A stretch of 64,000 nt of DNA from contig NZ_CAXBOU010000008.1 in NCBI RefSeq assembly GCF_963977385.1, positions 108,619-172,618 of the forward strand. Reading direction: 5' to 3'. Shown one piece after another: positions 10,189 through 20,047 of the stretch. The notes beneath the pieces were generated by a model. It did not search any database, was not told where the DNA came from, and worked only from the letters and a program-made list of their open reading frames with translations. A program made the translations under genes and the position numbers. The DNA comes from an uncultured Maribacter sp. (GTDB lineage: Bacteria > Bacteroidota > Bacteroidia > Flavobacteriales > Flavobacteriaceae). Position 1 is the stretch's first letter; each line of letters begins with the position of its first letter.

Positions 10189-10260
10189 GAACAGCACCTA
10201 AAACACGCTTTGTCTACCCTAATTTAGAGGTGTAGAAACAAAACAACTAAAATAAATACT

Positions 10261-10824
10261 ATGAAAAATTTAATCCTTTTTGCCTTTATACTAGGTGTTT
10301 GTGTAACCAATGCACAAGAGTTTCAATTAACGGATAAGTATAATGTGACTAATCAACGAATGAATAATCAAGAGCAGGAAGATGCATGGTTGGTTGATAT
10401 AATTGTATCAGAGAACCCTGGTAATCGTTTAGGGGCATTGACTATTTCAGATTTCGGTTTATTAGACGAAATACGCATTTCAGTTTTAAAGAATCCAGAA
10501 TTAGAAAATATTTCTGAAATACTTAAAGTAACCCTAGAATATTCCGCTTGCTGCTCAAGTACAGAAGAGTACTATTATTTGGTAACAAACGATAATGATT
10601 TTATCGCGCTACCAAGTATCAAAAACGAATTTGCGTATGATCCTATTTCAGACATACACTACATTTTTCCTAATCAGTCATTTGGCAAGGAAGGAACAAT
10701 TCTAAGAGCTGCATTACAATACACAGAAACATATACGATCAAAGACATTACAGTGCTTCGCAGCATTGCTTGGAACGATGATGACTTTGATACTGAAGAC
10801 GCTATCACAGCAATTAATTATTAA
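10261..10824 (+). CDS. secreted hypothetical protein
   Basis: 187-aa ORF with a signal peptide (MKNLILFAFILGVCVTNAQ). I recognise no family. Confidence 0.6.
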   Translation: MKNLILFAFILGVCVTNAQEFQLTDKYNVTNQRMNNQEQEDAWLVDIIVSENPGNRLGALTISDFGLLDEIRISVLKNPELENISEILKVTLEYSACCSSTEEYYYLVTNDNDFIALPSIKNEFAYDPISDIHYIFPNQSFGKEGTILRAALQYTETYTIKDITVLRSIAWNDDDFDTEDAITAINY

Positions 10825-10845
10825 TAACCCTTAAAATTTAGAATT

Positions 10846-11739
10846 ATGAGAAATTTAAAGAAAAGTGCCTTATTCCTATGCTTATTTGCATTTGTAAACA
10901 TGTTCGCTCAAAATGCACAAGAAGTAGAATTTGAGATAATGGACAAAGAAATTCCCGCAGAAGAATTAACCTATGAATATCTTTTGGCGCACAAAGTTTT
11001 TCTTCGCGAAAAGCCATCTGTTAGAAGTGGAAAGATAACGCTTCTTGATATTGGTACTAAAATGGTGCTTTGGGAAAAGAGTTTGTATACCAAGGAAATC
11101 GACGGTATAAAAAGCCACTGGTACAGAGTAACAACAGGAGATCAGACCGGATGGGTTTGGGGAGGAATGATTGCCCAAAAATCTTTTGGAAGCATTGCTG
11201 ACAACCAGGTAAAGTTTGTATACGGGTATGAAAGTATTGCCACGAATGAATCGGGCATGACAGAGGCAAAATACCAACTACGTGCTTTTAAGAATGGAGT
11301 ACAATTAGACAAGATGGTTTTAGATAGCCTTGGTGCAATTCCGGTACATATTGAAAACCATGGAAGTTTAGGTTTATTCAATGTAGAAGATGTAATTACG
11401 ATAGATTTAGCCGATTCAGATTCTGGCTACCAAGTAGGAAAGAGTTACATTTTTTGGAATAACGGACATTTTAAAAAAGTTGCTAGTTTAATCGACTACG
11501 CCGATGCATCGTATTTAAAGACCGAGTCATTCGTTTTCCCTTCAGATATGCAAGGTGTGAAGAGTACTATTTTATTGAAGACTACCATTACAAAGAACAT
11601 CGTAACACTAGATGATGCTTTAGCTCAGAACAATGTAGAATTCATTACAACGCCTTATACATGGAATGGCTCTAAGTTGACAAAAAAGGAAAAGATTCAA
11701 GCAATTACAAAAGATGCTATAGTAAGTACTGACTATTAA
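10846..11739 (+). CDS. secreted hypothetical protein with SH3b-like domain
   Basis: 297 aa with a signal peptide. KVFLREKPSVRSGKITLLDIGTKMVLW...WYRVTTGDQTGWVWGGMI resembles a bacterial SH3 domain. Confidence 0.6.
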   Translation: MRNLKKSALFLCLFAFVNMFAQNAQEVEFEIMDKEIPAEELTYEYLLAHKVFLREKPSVRSGKITLLDIGTKMVLWEKSLYTKEIDGIKSHWYRVTTGDQTGWVWGGMIAQKSFGSIADNQVKFVYGYESIATNESGMTEAKYQLRAFKNGVQLDKMVLDSLGAIPVHIENHGSLGLFNVEDVITIDLADSDSGYQVGKSYIFWNNGHFKKVASLIDYADASYLKTESFVFPSDMQGVKSTILLKTTITKNIVTLDDALAQNNVEFITTPYTWNGSKLTKKEKIQAITKDAIVSTDY

Positions 11740-11748
11740 AAGATAAAA

Positions 11749-12780
11749 ATGAATAAGTATACAATCTTAGTATTGGTTTGTGTTTTAGTGCTAGGCTGCA
11801 AGAAGCCGTTTTCGAAAAGCTCGGAGACGGCGCTTGCTTCGCCTTTTAGCATTGCAACAGTGCAAGAATCTATAGTGTTTATTGCAGGTTTTGACGAAGG
11901 TGATAATACATATTACACCAATGCAAAACGTTATTTCACTAAGAAAGAAATGCAAGTTGTAACGGGTTTGTATTCTATTGATGAGATTATAAACTTTATA
12001 AATAGGGCAGAGGATAATCGTATTCGTTTTAAAGAAATACATATTGTTAGCCATAGTAATGCTTGGTTGGGTGTGTCTTTAAAGACAACGAAATCGGGTA
12101 AACGAATTACGGTTAAGACATTACACAATGCTATTCAAGAACAGGAAATTCAGTTAATTAAAAATGAATCTACTTCGAATTCAGAAGTGATTTTTCATTC
12201 TTGCGGATTAGGTGAAAATCAAGATTTGTTACAAGAACTAAAAAATACGCTAGGTGCAAAACAAGTATCTGCATCAACATATTTTAATGTATTTGGAGGA
12301 AAATTTGCAGAACACTATTTAGCAAAACCATATTACGGGTACTACCCAACATCAGAATCTAAGGGACCTGCTCATCTTTCCAAAGAATTTAAACAAGAAT
12401 ATCCAGATGTAAACATCGATTGGTTTACTGCTTTAAAGACAAGACAAGAGTCTTCCTTTGGTGAAGCCTATAGTTTCAAATTTAATATTCCAGTAGATTG
12501 GGAGTTTACTTTTGACAACACAGATGATATGCCTAAATTGGAAAACAAAGAAACTATTATGGATTGGATTTCAGAATCTCCAGAAATGGCTGAGGTGCTT
12601 TTTAAATTGAATATTCCGATAGAAAAATTCCGTTGGAGAAGTACTGTTGAAGGCAACAAATTAATAATAAAAGGAAAAACAACGGTACTGTGTGTATTGG
12701 CACCTATTTTGCAGTCTAATGACAAGAATGAATACCAAAGCGTTACAGTAAATGACCGTTCGCTTTATCAAATATTATAA
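11749..12780 (+). CDS. lipoprotein, DUF4347-like N-terminal domain
   Basis: 343 aa with lipobox LVLGC. The pattern VFIAGFDEGD...IDEIINFI...EIHIVSHSNAWLG...VIFHSCGLGENQDLLQEL...GAKQVSAST resembles DUF4347. Assigned from memory. Confidence 0.55.
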   Translation: MNKYTILVLVCVLVLGCKKPFSKSSETALASPFSIATVQESIVFIAGFDEGDNTYYTNAKRYFTKKEMQVVTGLYSIDEIINFINRAEDNRIRFKEIHIVSHSNAWLGVSLKTTKSGKRITVKTLHNAIQEQEIQLIKNESTSNSEVIFHSCGLGENQDLLQELKNTLGAKQVSASTYFNVFGGKFAEHYLAKPYYGYYPTSESKGPAHLSKEFKQEYPDVNIDWFTALKTRQESSFGEAYSFKFNIPVDWEFTFDNTDDMPKLENKETIMDWISESPEMAEVLFKLNIPIEKFRWRSTVEGNKLIIKGKTTVLCVLAPILQSNDKNEYQSVTVNDRSLYQIL

Positions 12781-12831
12781 CAGTATCAGCGTTAAAAAGA
12801 TACTTGAAACCTTAAAATAGAAAACCTTTTT

Positions 12832-15800
12832 TTGAAACTGTATTTGAAATACTTGCTCATTGTGTTTTGTTTCTTCGGAACGATACAAATGTTTGCGCAA
12901 AACAGTCAACTAAGATCGTATACACTTGCAGATGGTTTGCCACAGTCTCAAGTATATGATATACTACAGGATGACATGGGTTATTTGTGGTTGGGAACGC
13001 AAGGTGGCGGATTAGCGAATTTTGATGGAGAAGCATTTGAAGTTTGGAATGAAAGTGATGGATTGCCTTCTAACTACATTGACGCTTTATACAACTCAAA
13101 CGATTCATTATTTATTGGGAGTAGAAAAGGTTTATCTATAAAAGTCAAGAACCGCTTTGTCAATTTTGAATCTCCTCAAATATTTCAAATTTATTCAGCA
13201 GAAAACATTTTATTCATTGGAACTAAAAAGGGAGTTTATAGGTATTCTAAAAACAAAGAACTTCAAAAAGTTTCTATCAATCCAGAGATAGATAAAAGTG
13301 AAATTAACACGATACTTTTTGATGGAAATTGGTATTGGTTAGCTACTAACAACGCCTTATGGAAGCTTAATGAACTAAGTGAATCTGCAACTGAACAATC
13401 TAAAGTTGAGGTCAATAATTTTAAGTCGGTTCTGCTACGTAATAACAAGATAATTGCCGCAACATTTGATGATGGTGTTTTTATAATGGACGTAGAAAAT
13501 ACTGACAATCAGTTTTTAATGCCAGAACCATCTCGTATAAACTCAATGTCAATTCAAAATGAAGATGAATTATGGATAACCACTGACAATGATGGAATTA
13601 CGATTGTAGAGACCGAAAAATTTTCAGAGATAAAACGATTAAATACGGCTGGCGGATTAGCTACTCCGCATATAAGAAAAGTCATTAATGATGATAACGG
13701 CAACCTTTGGATAGCAACTTCTGGTGGCGGATTTTACAAATACTTCCAGAATAATTTTAAGCATTATGACCAACGAACGGGTTTAAAAGGCAATCGTATT
13801 TATGCGGTTCACAATGCCCCGGACGGATTATGGTTTTCAAGTTCAGAAGCTGGATTATCAAAAATAGATTCTGCAGGTATTCATCCATTACCAAACGAAG
13901 GTTCATTTTTCGATGTAAAAATTAAAACGATTACCAGTGATGCCAAAGGCAATATTTGGGCTGGTTCAGATAATAGAGGTTTGTTGTTTAGGGAAACCAA
14001 AATGGTAGACAGTTTGGTATTCTCATCTAGCGAAACCTATTTAATACAAATTGATACCGTTTCGGTAGAAAGAACTACTAATCATATTATTGATGAAAGC
14101 AAAGGCTTTCCGTCAGATTGGGTTCGTACCGTTATTGCAGAAGATGACTACACATGGGCGGCAACGTATGCGCATGGAATCGTAAAATTCAATTATTATT
14201 CAGAAAACGATAGTGTAAAAGTTCGAAAGACATTTACAATGCGAGACGGTATTTCTGATATGCTGATTAGAGATTTTGTAAAAGATAATAATGGTAGGTT
14301 TTGGTTCTCAACACAAAAAGGACATCTAGGCTACATTGAGAATGATAAGGTTAGAGCTGTAGAAACCGGATTGGAACAGCAAACCGCAATTGGTACGGTA
14401 TTATTCCATGAAGATTATATTTTCTTAGGCACATCGGGCAAGGGTATTTGGTACGCGAACAGCACTGATCCTTCACATTTTCAACAATTGAAAGGTGCTA
14501 AGAACTTATCATCAAACAATATATATCAGCTAATTTTTGATGATCAAGGGTATCTGTGGGCAGGTTCTGAAAGAGGAGTAGATAAAATTGAAATGAATAC
14601 TGCCAATGAGATTATGGACATCTATCACTTTGGTAGAAATGATGGTTTTTTAGGAATTGAGACCTGTTTAAATGCCGTAGATAAAGATGAACAAGGTAAC
14701 CTTTGGTTCGGTGCTATTTATGGGTTAACGAAACATATTCCAAGTGAAAGCAAAAAAGCATCGCTACCACCAACGGTCTATTTTACGGGAGTAGAGGAGC
14801 GTTATAAAAATATAGATTCCTTAGTTTTAAAAGACTGGACGAATAGTAAAAAGGTACTGCAACTAACTCCAGAACAGACACAACTAGGGTTTTCATTTAG
14901 AACGGTAGATGTTGACCACCCTAAGGAAATAGAATACAGAACAAAATTAGATGACACCGAATGGAGCCCTTGGGTAAAGGAGAACAAGCAAAATTTTGCA
15001 GGTCTGGCATATGGTCCACATGATTTTTCGGTACAATCTAGAAACTTTAGATGGCAAGAAAGCGAGCCAATAAAATTCAGCTTTTTTATTGATAGTCCGT
15101 TGTATAAGAAAGACTGGTTTCAATGGTCCGTTTTGGCGTTTGCAATTTTAGTGTTGTTAGGTATTGGATTGTTTTACATCCGTAAGATAAAAGCAAAGAA
15201 CAAAGCGGAACAAGAGCGGTTAAAAACTCAGAATTACCTTTTGACCCTAGAACAGAAAGCACTGCAATTACAAATGAATCCGCATTTTATATTCAATGTC
15301 TTAAATGGGGTAAAAGCCATGGCAGGTACGAAACCAGAAAAGATGGATGCGACCATTAATAGCTTTGCCATATTATTAAGAGAGACGCTACAAAATTCAA
15401 GAAAGGAATACATTAGTTTAGATCAAGAGATTAAGGCGCTACGGCATTATATAGAAGTAGAAAAGCTGATGGCGCAAAAGCCTTTTGAGTATACAATTGA
15501 TGTTCAAACCAATCCTGATGCAGAAGAGATATTGATTCCGCCAATGTTAATTCAGCCATTTGTAGAGAATGCCATCAGACATGGAATTTTGAAAGGAGAT
15601 AAACCAGGAAAGCTGTCGATAGAGTTCACCACCTCTAAAACGCATTTGCATTGTAGTATTATTGATAATGGTTTGGGTATTTTTAAATCACAAAACGAAA
15701 AGCCAAAAACAGACCATCAATCCATGGCATTGACGGTGACTAAAGAACGATTAGAATCTATATCAGGAGCAAATACCCTGCATATAAGTGAAATTAAGAA

Positions 15801-15864
15801 TGAAGATGGTAGCATTGATGGCACCAAGATTACCTTTAAAATACCTTTACTAACAGATTATTAG
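12832..15864 (+). CDS. hybrid-architecture sensor: beta-propeller repeats (Reg_prop/Y_Y_Y) + TM + LytS-type histidine kinase
   Basis: 1010 aa with a TTG start and N-terminal signal/TM. Repeated GLPSN/GL..G....I motifs suit two-component-regulator propellers. A single TM (WSVLAFAILVLLGIGLFYI) is followed by the His_kinase motif NPHFIFN and an HATPase region (FVENAIRHG, DNGLGI). Confidence 0.85.
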   Translation: MKLYLKYLLIVFCFFGTIQMFAQNSQLRSYTLADGLPQSQVYDILQDDMGYLWLGTQGGGLANFDGEAFEVWNESDGLPSNYIDALYNSNDSLFIGSRKGLSIKVKNRFVNFESPQIFQIYSAENILFIGTKKGVYRYSKNKELQKVSINPEIDKSEINTILFDGNWYWLATNNALWKLNELSESATEQSKVEVNNFKSVLLRNNKIIAATFDDGVFIMDVENTDNQFLMPEPSRINSMSIQNEDELWITTDNDGITIVETEKFSEIKRLNTAGGLATPHIRKVINDDNGNLWIATSGGGFYKYFQNNFKHYDQRTGLKGNRIYAVHNAPDGLWFSSSEAGLSKIDSAGIHPLPNEGSFFDVKIKTITSDAKGNIWAGSDNRGLLFRETKMVDSLVFSSSETYLIQIDTVSVERTTNHIIDESKGFPSDWVRTVIAEDDYTWAATYAHGIVKFNYYSENDSVKVRKTFTMRDGISDMLIRDFVKDNNGRFWFSTQKGHLGYIENDKVRAVETGLEQQTAIGTVLFHEDYIFLGTSGKGIWYANSTDPSHFQQLKGAKNLSSNNIYQLIFDDQGYLWAGSERGVDKIEMNTANEIMDIYHFGRNDGFLGIETCLNAVDKDEQGNLWFGAIYGLTKHIPSESKKASLPPTVYFTGVEERYKNIDSLVLKDWTNSKKVLQLTPEQTQLGFSFRTVDVDHPKEIEYRTKLDDTEWSPWVKENKQNFAGLAYGPHDFSVQSRNFRWQESEPIKFSFFIDSPLYKKDWFQWSVLAFAILVLLGIGLFYIRKIKAKNKAEQERLKTQNYLLTLEQKALQLQMNPHFIFNVLNGVKAMAGTKPEKMDATINSFAILLRETLQNSRKEYISLDQEIKALRHYIEVEKLMAQKPFEYTIDVQTNPDAEEILIPPMLIQPFVENAIRHGILKGDKPGKLSIEFTTSKTHLHCSIIDNGLGIFKSQNEKPKTDHQSMALTVTKERLESISGANTLHISEIKNEDGSIDGTKITFKIPLLTDY

Positions 15865-15870
15865 AGACCT

Positions 15871-16620
15871 ATGCATACAGCGATTATAGTAGAAGATATG
15901 ATTGACGCCTTAACCCTTTTAAAGAAGGATATAGAGACGCAGCATACAGATATTGAAATTATTGCCACGGCACAGAGTGTAGTGGAAGCTGCCAAGGTAT
16001 TGCGTAAAAATCAACCAGATATCTTGTTTTTGGATATTATGCTGGGTGATGGTACAGGGTTTGACATTTTGGAGATATTTCCAGATTTAAAATCTAAAAT
16101 CATTTTTGTAACCGCTAGTGATGAGTTTGCTATACGTGCATTCAAATTTGCCGCAATTGACTATGTATTAAAACCCTATTCAAACGAAGATTTAAGTTTA
16201 GCGATATCTAGAGCAAAAGAGCAATTGCAGCCTAATAAAGAACGACTACAGATCTTAAAGGAGACTATTTCTGCCCCAGAGAAGAAACCCAATAAAATAT
16301 CGTTACACACGCTAGACCAAATTATCATTGTTAGTTTAGATGATATTATACGTTGCGAATCTGATAGCAATAACACCATTTTTCACCTTCAAGATAAACG
16401 TAAGATATTTGTTACCAAAACCTTAAAGTACTTTGCGGACCTTTTAAGCAGTCACGATTTTGTACGCGTACACCAAAGTCATTTAGTGAATCTTCAATGC
16501 ATAAGTGCCTACATAAAAACAGATGGCGGCTATTTAATGTTGAAGAACGGAGAGAATGTTCCGGTATCTGTCCGTAAGAAAACTGAAATTATAGAGATTT
16601 TGGATAAGATGCATCGGTAG
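15871..16620 (+). CDS. LytR/AlgR (LytTR) family response regulator
   Basis: 249 aa. Receiver domain (IVEDM...PDILFLDIMLGDGTGFD...KP) plus a C-terminal LytTR DNA-binding domain (IIRCESDSNNTIFHLQD...FVRVHQSHLVNL). Lies 6 nt after the kinase gene. Confidence 0.9.
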   Translation: MHTAIIVEDMIDALTLLKKDIETQHTDIEIIATAQSVVEAAKVLRKNQPDILFLDIMLGDGTGFDILEIFPDLKSKIIFVTASDEFAIRAFKFAAIDYVLKPYSNEDLSLAISRAKEQLQPNKERLQILKETISAPEKKPNKISLHTLDQIIIVSLDDIIRCESDSNNTIFHLQDKRKIFVTKTLKYFADLLSSHDFVRVHQSHLVNLQCISAYIKTDGGYLMLKNGENVPVSVRKKTEIIEILDKMHR

Positions 16621-16969
16621 ATAAAAAACAAATATTCAATTATTGATTTCCTTGCCAGGTTGTTGAAAAAACAAAAATTCTTGCGCTAATTTTTACATTA
16701 TTCTCAAAAACATCATTTAAAGTTATATTTTATGTTAAGGTTAACATAATTGTTACAAAACCCTGTCTATTTTTAGAGAGCTAGAATTAAGCTTGTTAAA
16801 TCTATCTATATGATTTAACAATGGAGTTAATAATAGCTGTTTTCTCTTAGGAGCTAGAAAAGTAAGAATACTAAGTTTTTATGAATAGTAGATTCATAAG
16901 CACTTTATATAATATGGTAAGATAAACACTAAGTATATCTAACCTCAAAGAACCATTTAAAACTAACAG

Positions 16970-18610
16970 ATGAAAAGAAGAGATTTTGTACAGTATGCCG
17001 GGATGGGCGCCGGAGCATTAATGATGCCATCATTATTGCTAGGTAATGATATCCCGACAGAGGCTTTACTAGAACCGGGTATGGATACCTTGGTAAAAAA
17101 GAGAATGGCTGATGTTGCCCTTAACACGGCTAAGTCACTTGGCGCAACGTATGCAGATGCTAGAATAGGTAGGTATCTTAACCAGTATGTTTTCACTAGA
17201 GAAGATAAAGTACAAAATGTTGTAAACACAGAGTCTTTCGGTATTGGTATTCGAGTTATAGCCAACGGAACTTGGGGTTTTGCATCAACAAATAGTGTAA
17301 CTGAAGATGGTATTAAAAAAGCTACGGAACAAGCAGTTGCTATTGCTAAGGCAAATTCAAAAATTCAAACAGATCCAGTTAAATTGGCACCTGTAAATGC
17401 ATATGGCGAGGTCTCATGGAAAACGCCTATAACAAAAGATTTTAAAGAAGTACCAGTATCAGAAAAAGTAGATTTATTATTGACTGCTAATGCAGCAGCG
17501 TTGGATAATGGGGCAGATTATGTGAACTCAGCTTTGTTTATGGTAAACGAGCAAAAATATTTTGCTTCTACCGACGGTTCTTATATTGATCAAGACATTC
17601 ACCGTTTATGGCCTACGTTCAGAGTAACTGCAATTGACAAGGCCAAAGGTAACTTTAAGACCCGAGAGAATATGAGTGCGCCAGTAGGAATGGGGTATGA
17701 ATATATGGACGGTCTAGAATCTGAAAAGCTTGATGGTCCTGCAGGTTTACGTTTATATCGTAACAGTTATGATATGGTAGAAGATGCTACTATCGCAGCA
17801 AAACAAGCAAAAGAAAAATTGACTGCAAAATCGGTTGATGCAGGTAAGTATGATTTAGTGCTAGAGCCAAATCATTTAGGTTTGACCATTCATGAATCTG
17901 TGGGGCATCCGCTTGAATTGGATCGTGTTTTAGGATATGAAGCCAATTACGCAGGTACAAGTTTTGCATCTTTAGATAAATTAAAATCAGGAAACTTCCA
18001 ATACGGTAGTGATGTTGTAAATCTTGTAGCCGATAAAACTCAAGTAGGTTCGTTAGGTGCTGTAGGGTATGATGATGAAGGTGTTAAAACCAAAAAGTGG
18101 GATTTGGTACGAAATGGTATCCTTACCAATTTCCAGGCTATTCGCGATCAAGTTCACATGATTGACCAAAATGAATCTCATGGTTGTTGTTATGCACAAA
18201 GTTGGGAAGATGTACAGTTTCAGCGTATGCCAAATGTTTCATTAGAACCAGGGAAAGATAAATACTCTATTTCTGAAATGATAAAAGATGTTGAAAAAGG
18301 AATTTATATTGCAGGTCGAGGCTCTTACTCAATTGATCAGCAACGATATAATTTCCAATTTGGAGGTACTGTGTTCTATGAAATTAAGGATGGTGAAATT
18401 GTAGGTATGTTAGAAGATGTGGCTTACCAATCAAATACTCAAGAGTTTTGGAATTCTTGTGTTAAGATTTGCGATGAAAGTGATTACCGTGTTTTCGGAA
18501 CTTTCTTTGATGGTAAAGGGCAGCCTTCTCAAGCTAGTGCTGTATCTCATGGTAGTTCTACAGCTAGGTTTAATGATGTAAATGTAATTAACACAGGTAG
18601 AACTATTTAA
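16970..18610 (+). CDS. TldD/PmbA family metallopeptidase with twin-arginine signal
   Basis: 546 aa. Tat motif MKRRDFVQYAGMGAGAL and TldD-type HExxxH site (HESVGHPLE). Confidence 0.85.
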   Translation: MKRRDFVQYAGMGAGALMMPSLLLGNDIPTEALLEPGMDTLVKKRMADVALNTAKSLGATYADARIGRYLNQYVFTREDKVQNVVNTESFGIGIRVIANGTWGFASTNSVTEDGIKKATEQAVAIAKANSKIQTDPVKLAPVNAYGEVSWKTPITKDFKEVPVSEKVDLLLTANAAALDNGADYVNSALFMVNEQKYFASTDGSYIDQDIHRLWPTFRVTAIDKAKGNFKTRENMSAPVGMGYEYMDGLESEKLDGPAGLRLYRNSYDMVEDATIAAKQAKEKLTAKSVDAGKYDLVLEPNHLGLTIHESVGHPLELDRVLGYEANYAGTSFASLDKLKSGNFQYGSDVVNLVADKTQVGSLGAVGYDDEGVKTKKWDLVRNGILTNFQAIRDQVHMIDQNESHGCCYAQSWEDVQFQRMPNVSLEPGKDKYSISEMIKDVEKGIYIAGRGSYSIDQQRYNFQFGGTVFYEIKDGEIVGMLEDVAYQSNTQEFWNSCVKICDESDYRVFGTFFDGKGQPSQASAVSHGSSTARFNDVNVINTGRTI

Positions 18611-18636
18611 TTAGGTTCTCCAAAAAAAGGACAACA

Positions 18637-19953
18637 ATGGCAATATATACAAAAGAAGAAGCAAGAAAAATTTTGGAACGAGCTTTAAGCTTTTCCAAGG
18701 CCGATACCTGTGAGATTAACCTAAGCGGTTCAAACAGCGGTAATATAAGGTATGCAAGAAATACGGTTTCTACCTCTGGGTACAGTTCCAATCAAAGTTT
18801 GGCGGTACAATCTAGTTTTGGTAAAAAATCGGGCACAGCTACAATCGATGAGTTTGATGATGCGTCGCTAGAAAAAGTGGTAAGAAGGGCAGAGGAACTG
18901 GCTAATTTATCCCCAGAGAACTCTGAGTTTATGGAGCCCTTAGGGCCGCAAATTTATGATGAAGCCATCAGTTATAGCGAATCAACAGCAACAATTTCAC
19001 CAGACTATAGAGCTACAGTTGCTAGTAGTAGTATTGACCCTGCTTCGACACAGGATGTTACTGCAGCTGGTTTCTTAAATGATTCAGCAGGTTTTAGTGC
19101 AATGATCAATTCAAAAGGACTTTTTGCCTATAATAAATCGACAAATGTTGATTTTACAGTTACCATGCGTACCAATGACGGTACCGGTTCGGGTTGGGTA
19201 TCTAGAGATTTCAATGATGTTACAAAGTTCGATGCAGACGAAGCATCGAAAATAGCAATTGAAAAGGCTGTTTTATCAAGAGAAGCAAAAGCAATTGAAC
19301 CCGGTAAATACACAGTTATTTTAGAGCCTGCAGCAGCATCAGATTTGTTGCGTAATATGTTCAGGTCACTAGATGCACGTTCTGCAGATGAGGGTAGAAG
19401 TTTTATGTCCGGAGCTGACGGAACAAACAAACTAGGTCAGAAAATTGTTGATGAACGTGTACATATTTATTCAGACCCATTAAATGCAGAAGTCCCAACT
19501 TCCACATGGAATCAAGAAGGACAGCCTATAAAGAAAATAACTTGGTTAGAAAACGGGATGGTTAAAAACTTAGCTTATGATCGTTTTTGGGCAAAAGAAA
19601 AAGGAGTTGATCCTGTACCTTTTCCATCAAATGTAATTATGGCTGGTGGTGATCAAAGTTTAGAAGAATTGATCAAAGGAACTAAAAAAGGAATTTTGGT
19701 GACACGATTATGGTACATACGTAGCGTTGATCCACAAACCTTATTATATACGGGACTGACAAGAGACGGAACGTTTTATATCGAAAACGGACAAATTAAA
19801 TACCCTGTGAAGAATTTTAGGTTTAATGAGAGTCCGATAATTATGCTTAACAATCTAGAAACACTTGGTAAGCAAGTACGTATCGATGGTAATCTAATAC
19901 CATACATGAAAATTCGTGATTTCACGTTTACCAGTCTATCCGATGCCGTATAA
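18637..19953 (+). CDS. TldD/PmbA family protein (PmbA/TldE-like partner, no HExxxH)
   Basis: 438 aa with a PmbA_TldD-like fold pattern (GGG..FRFNES, RLWYIR). Adjacent to the TldD-like gene. Confidence 0.8.
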   Translation: MAIYTKEEARKILERALSFSKADTCEINLSGSNSGNIRYARNTVSTSGYSSNQSLAVQSSFGKKSGTATIDEFDDASLEKVVRRAEELANLSPENSEFMEPLGPQIYDEAISYSESTATISPDYRATVASSSIDPASTQDVTAAGFLNDSAGFSAMINSKGLFAYNKSTNVDFTVTMRTNDGTGSGWVSRDFNDVTKFDADEASKIAIEKAVLSREAKAIEPGKYTVILEPAAASDLLRNMFRSLDARSADEGRSFMSGADGTNKLGQKIVDERVHIYSDPLNAEVPTSTWNQEGQPIKKITWLENGMVKNLAYDRFWAKEKGVDPVPFPSNVIMAGGDQSLEELIKGTKKGILVTRLWYIRSVDPQTLLYTGLTRDGTFYIENGQIKYPVKNFRFNESPIIMLNNLETLGKQVRIDGNLIPYMKIRDFTFTSLSDAV

Positions 19954-19971
19954 AGGATAAAATCAAAATTT

Positions 19972-20015
19972 AAACTGGTTGTTTGTGTTGCATCACAACA
20001 GCCAGTTTTTCTTTT
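19972..20015 (+). terminator. rho-independent terminator after the TldD/PmbA pair
   Basis: Hairpin aaactggttg(t)ttgtg-ttgcat-cacaacagccagttt followed by ttttctttt. Confidence 0.65.
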
Positions 20016-20047
20016 ACATCTAGAAAATAAATTAAGTTACCAAGCCC

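Noticed and set aside
10966-12725. Minus-strand ORFs overlapping the secreted-protein genes (10966..11277, 11057..11269, 11142..11381, 11791..12054, 11931..12128, 12468..12725).
   Set aside because: They overlap one another and are antisense to plus-strand ORFs that have signal peptides and operon spacing. Nothing else supports them.
16732-16747. Palindrome ATGTTAAGGTTAACAT and a nearby GTTACA half-site in the long TldD upstream region.
   Set aside because: The spacing and half-sites differ from the TGTAAC-N4-GTTACA motif. It is a single occurrence with no phased -7 box. It might be an unrelated operator, but there is no supporting evidence.
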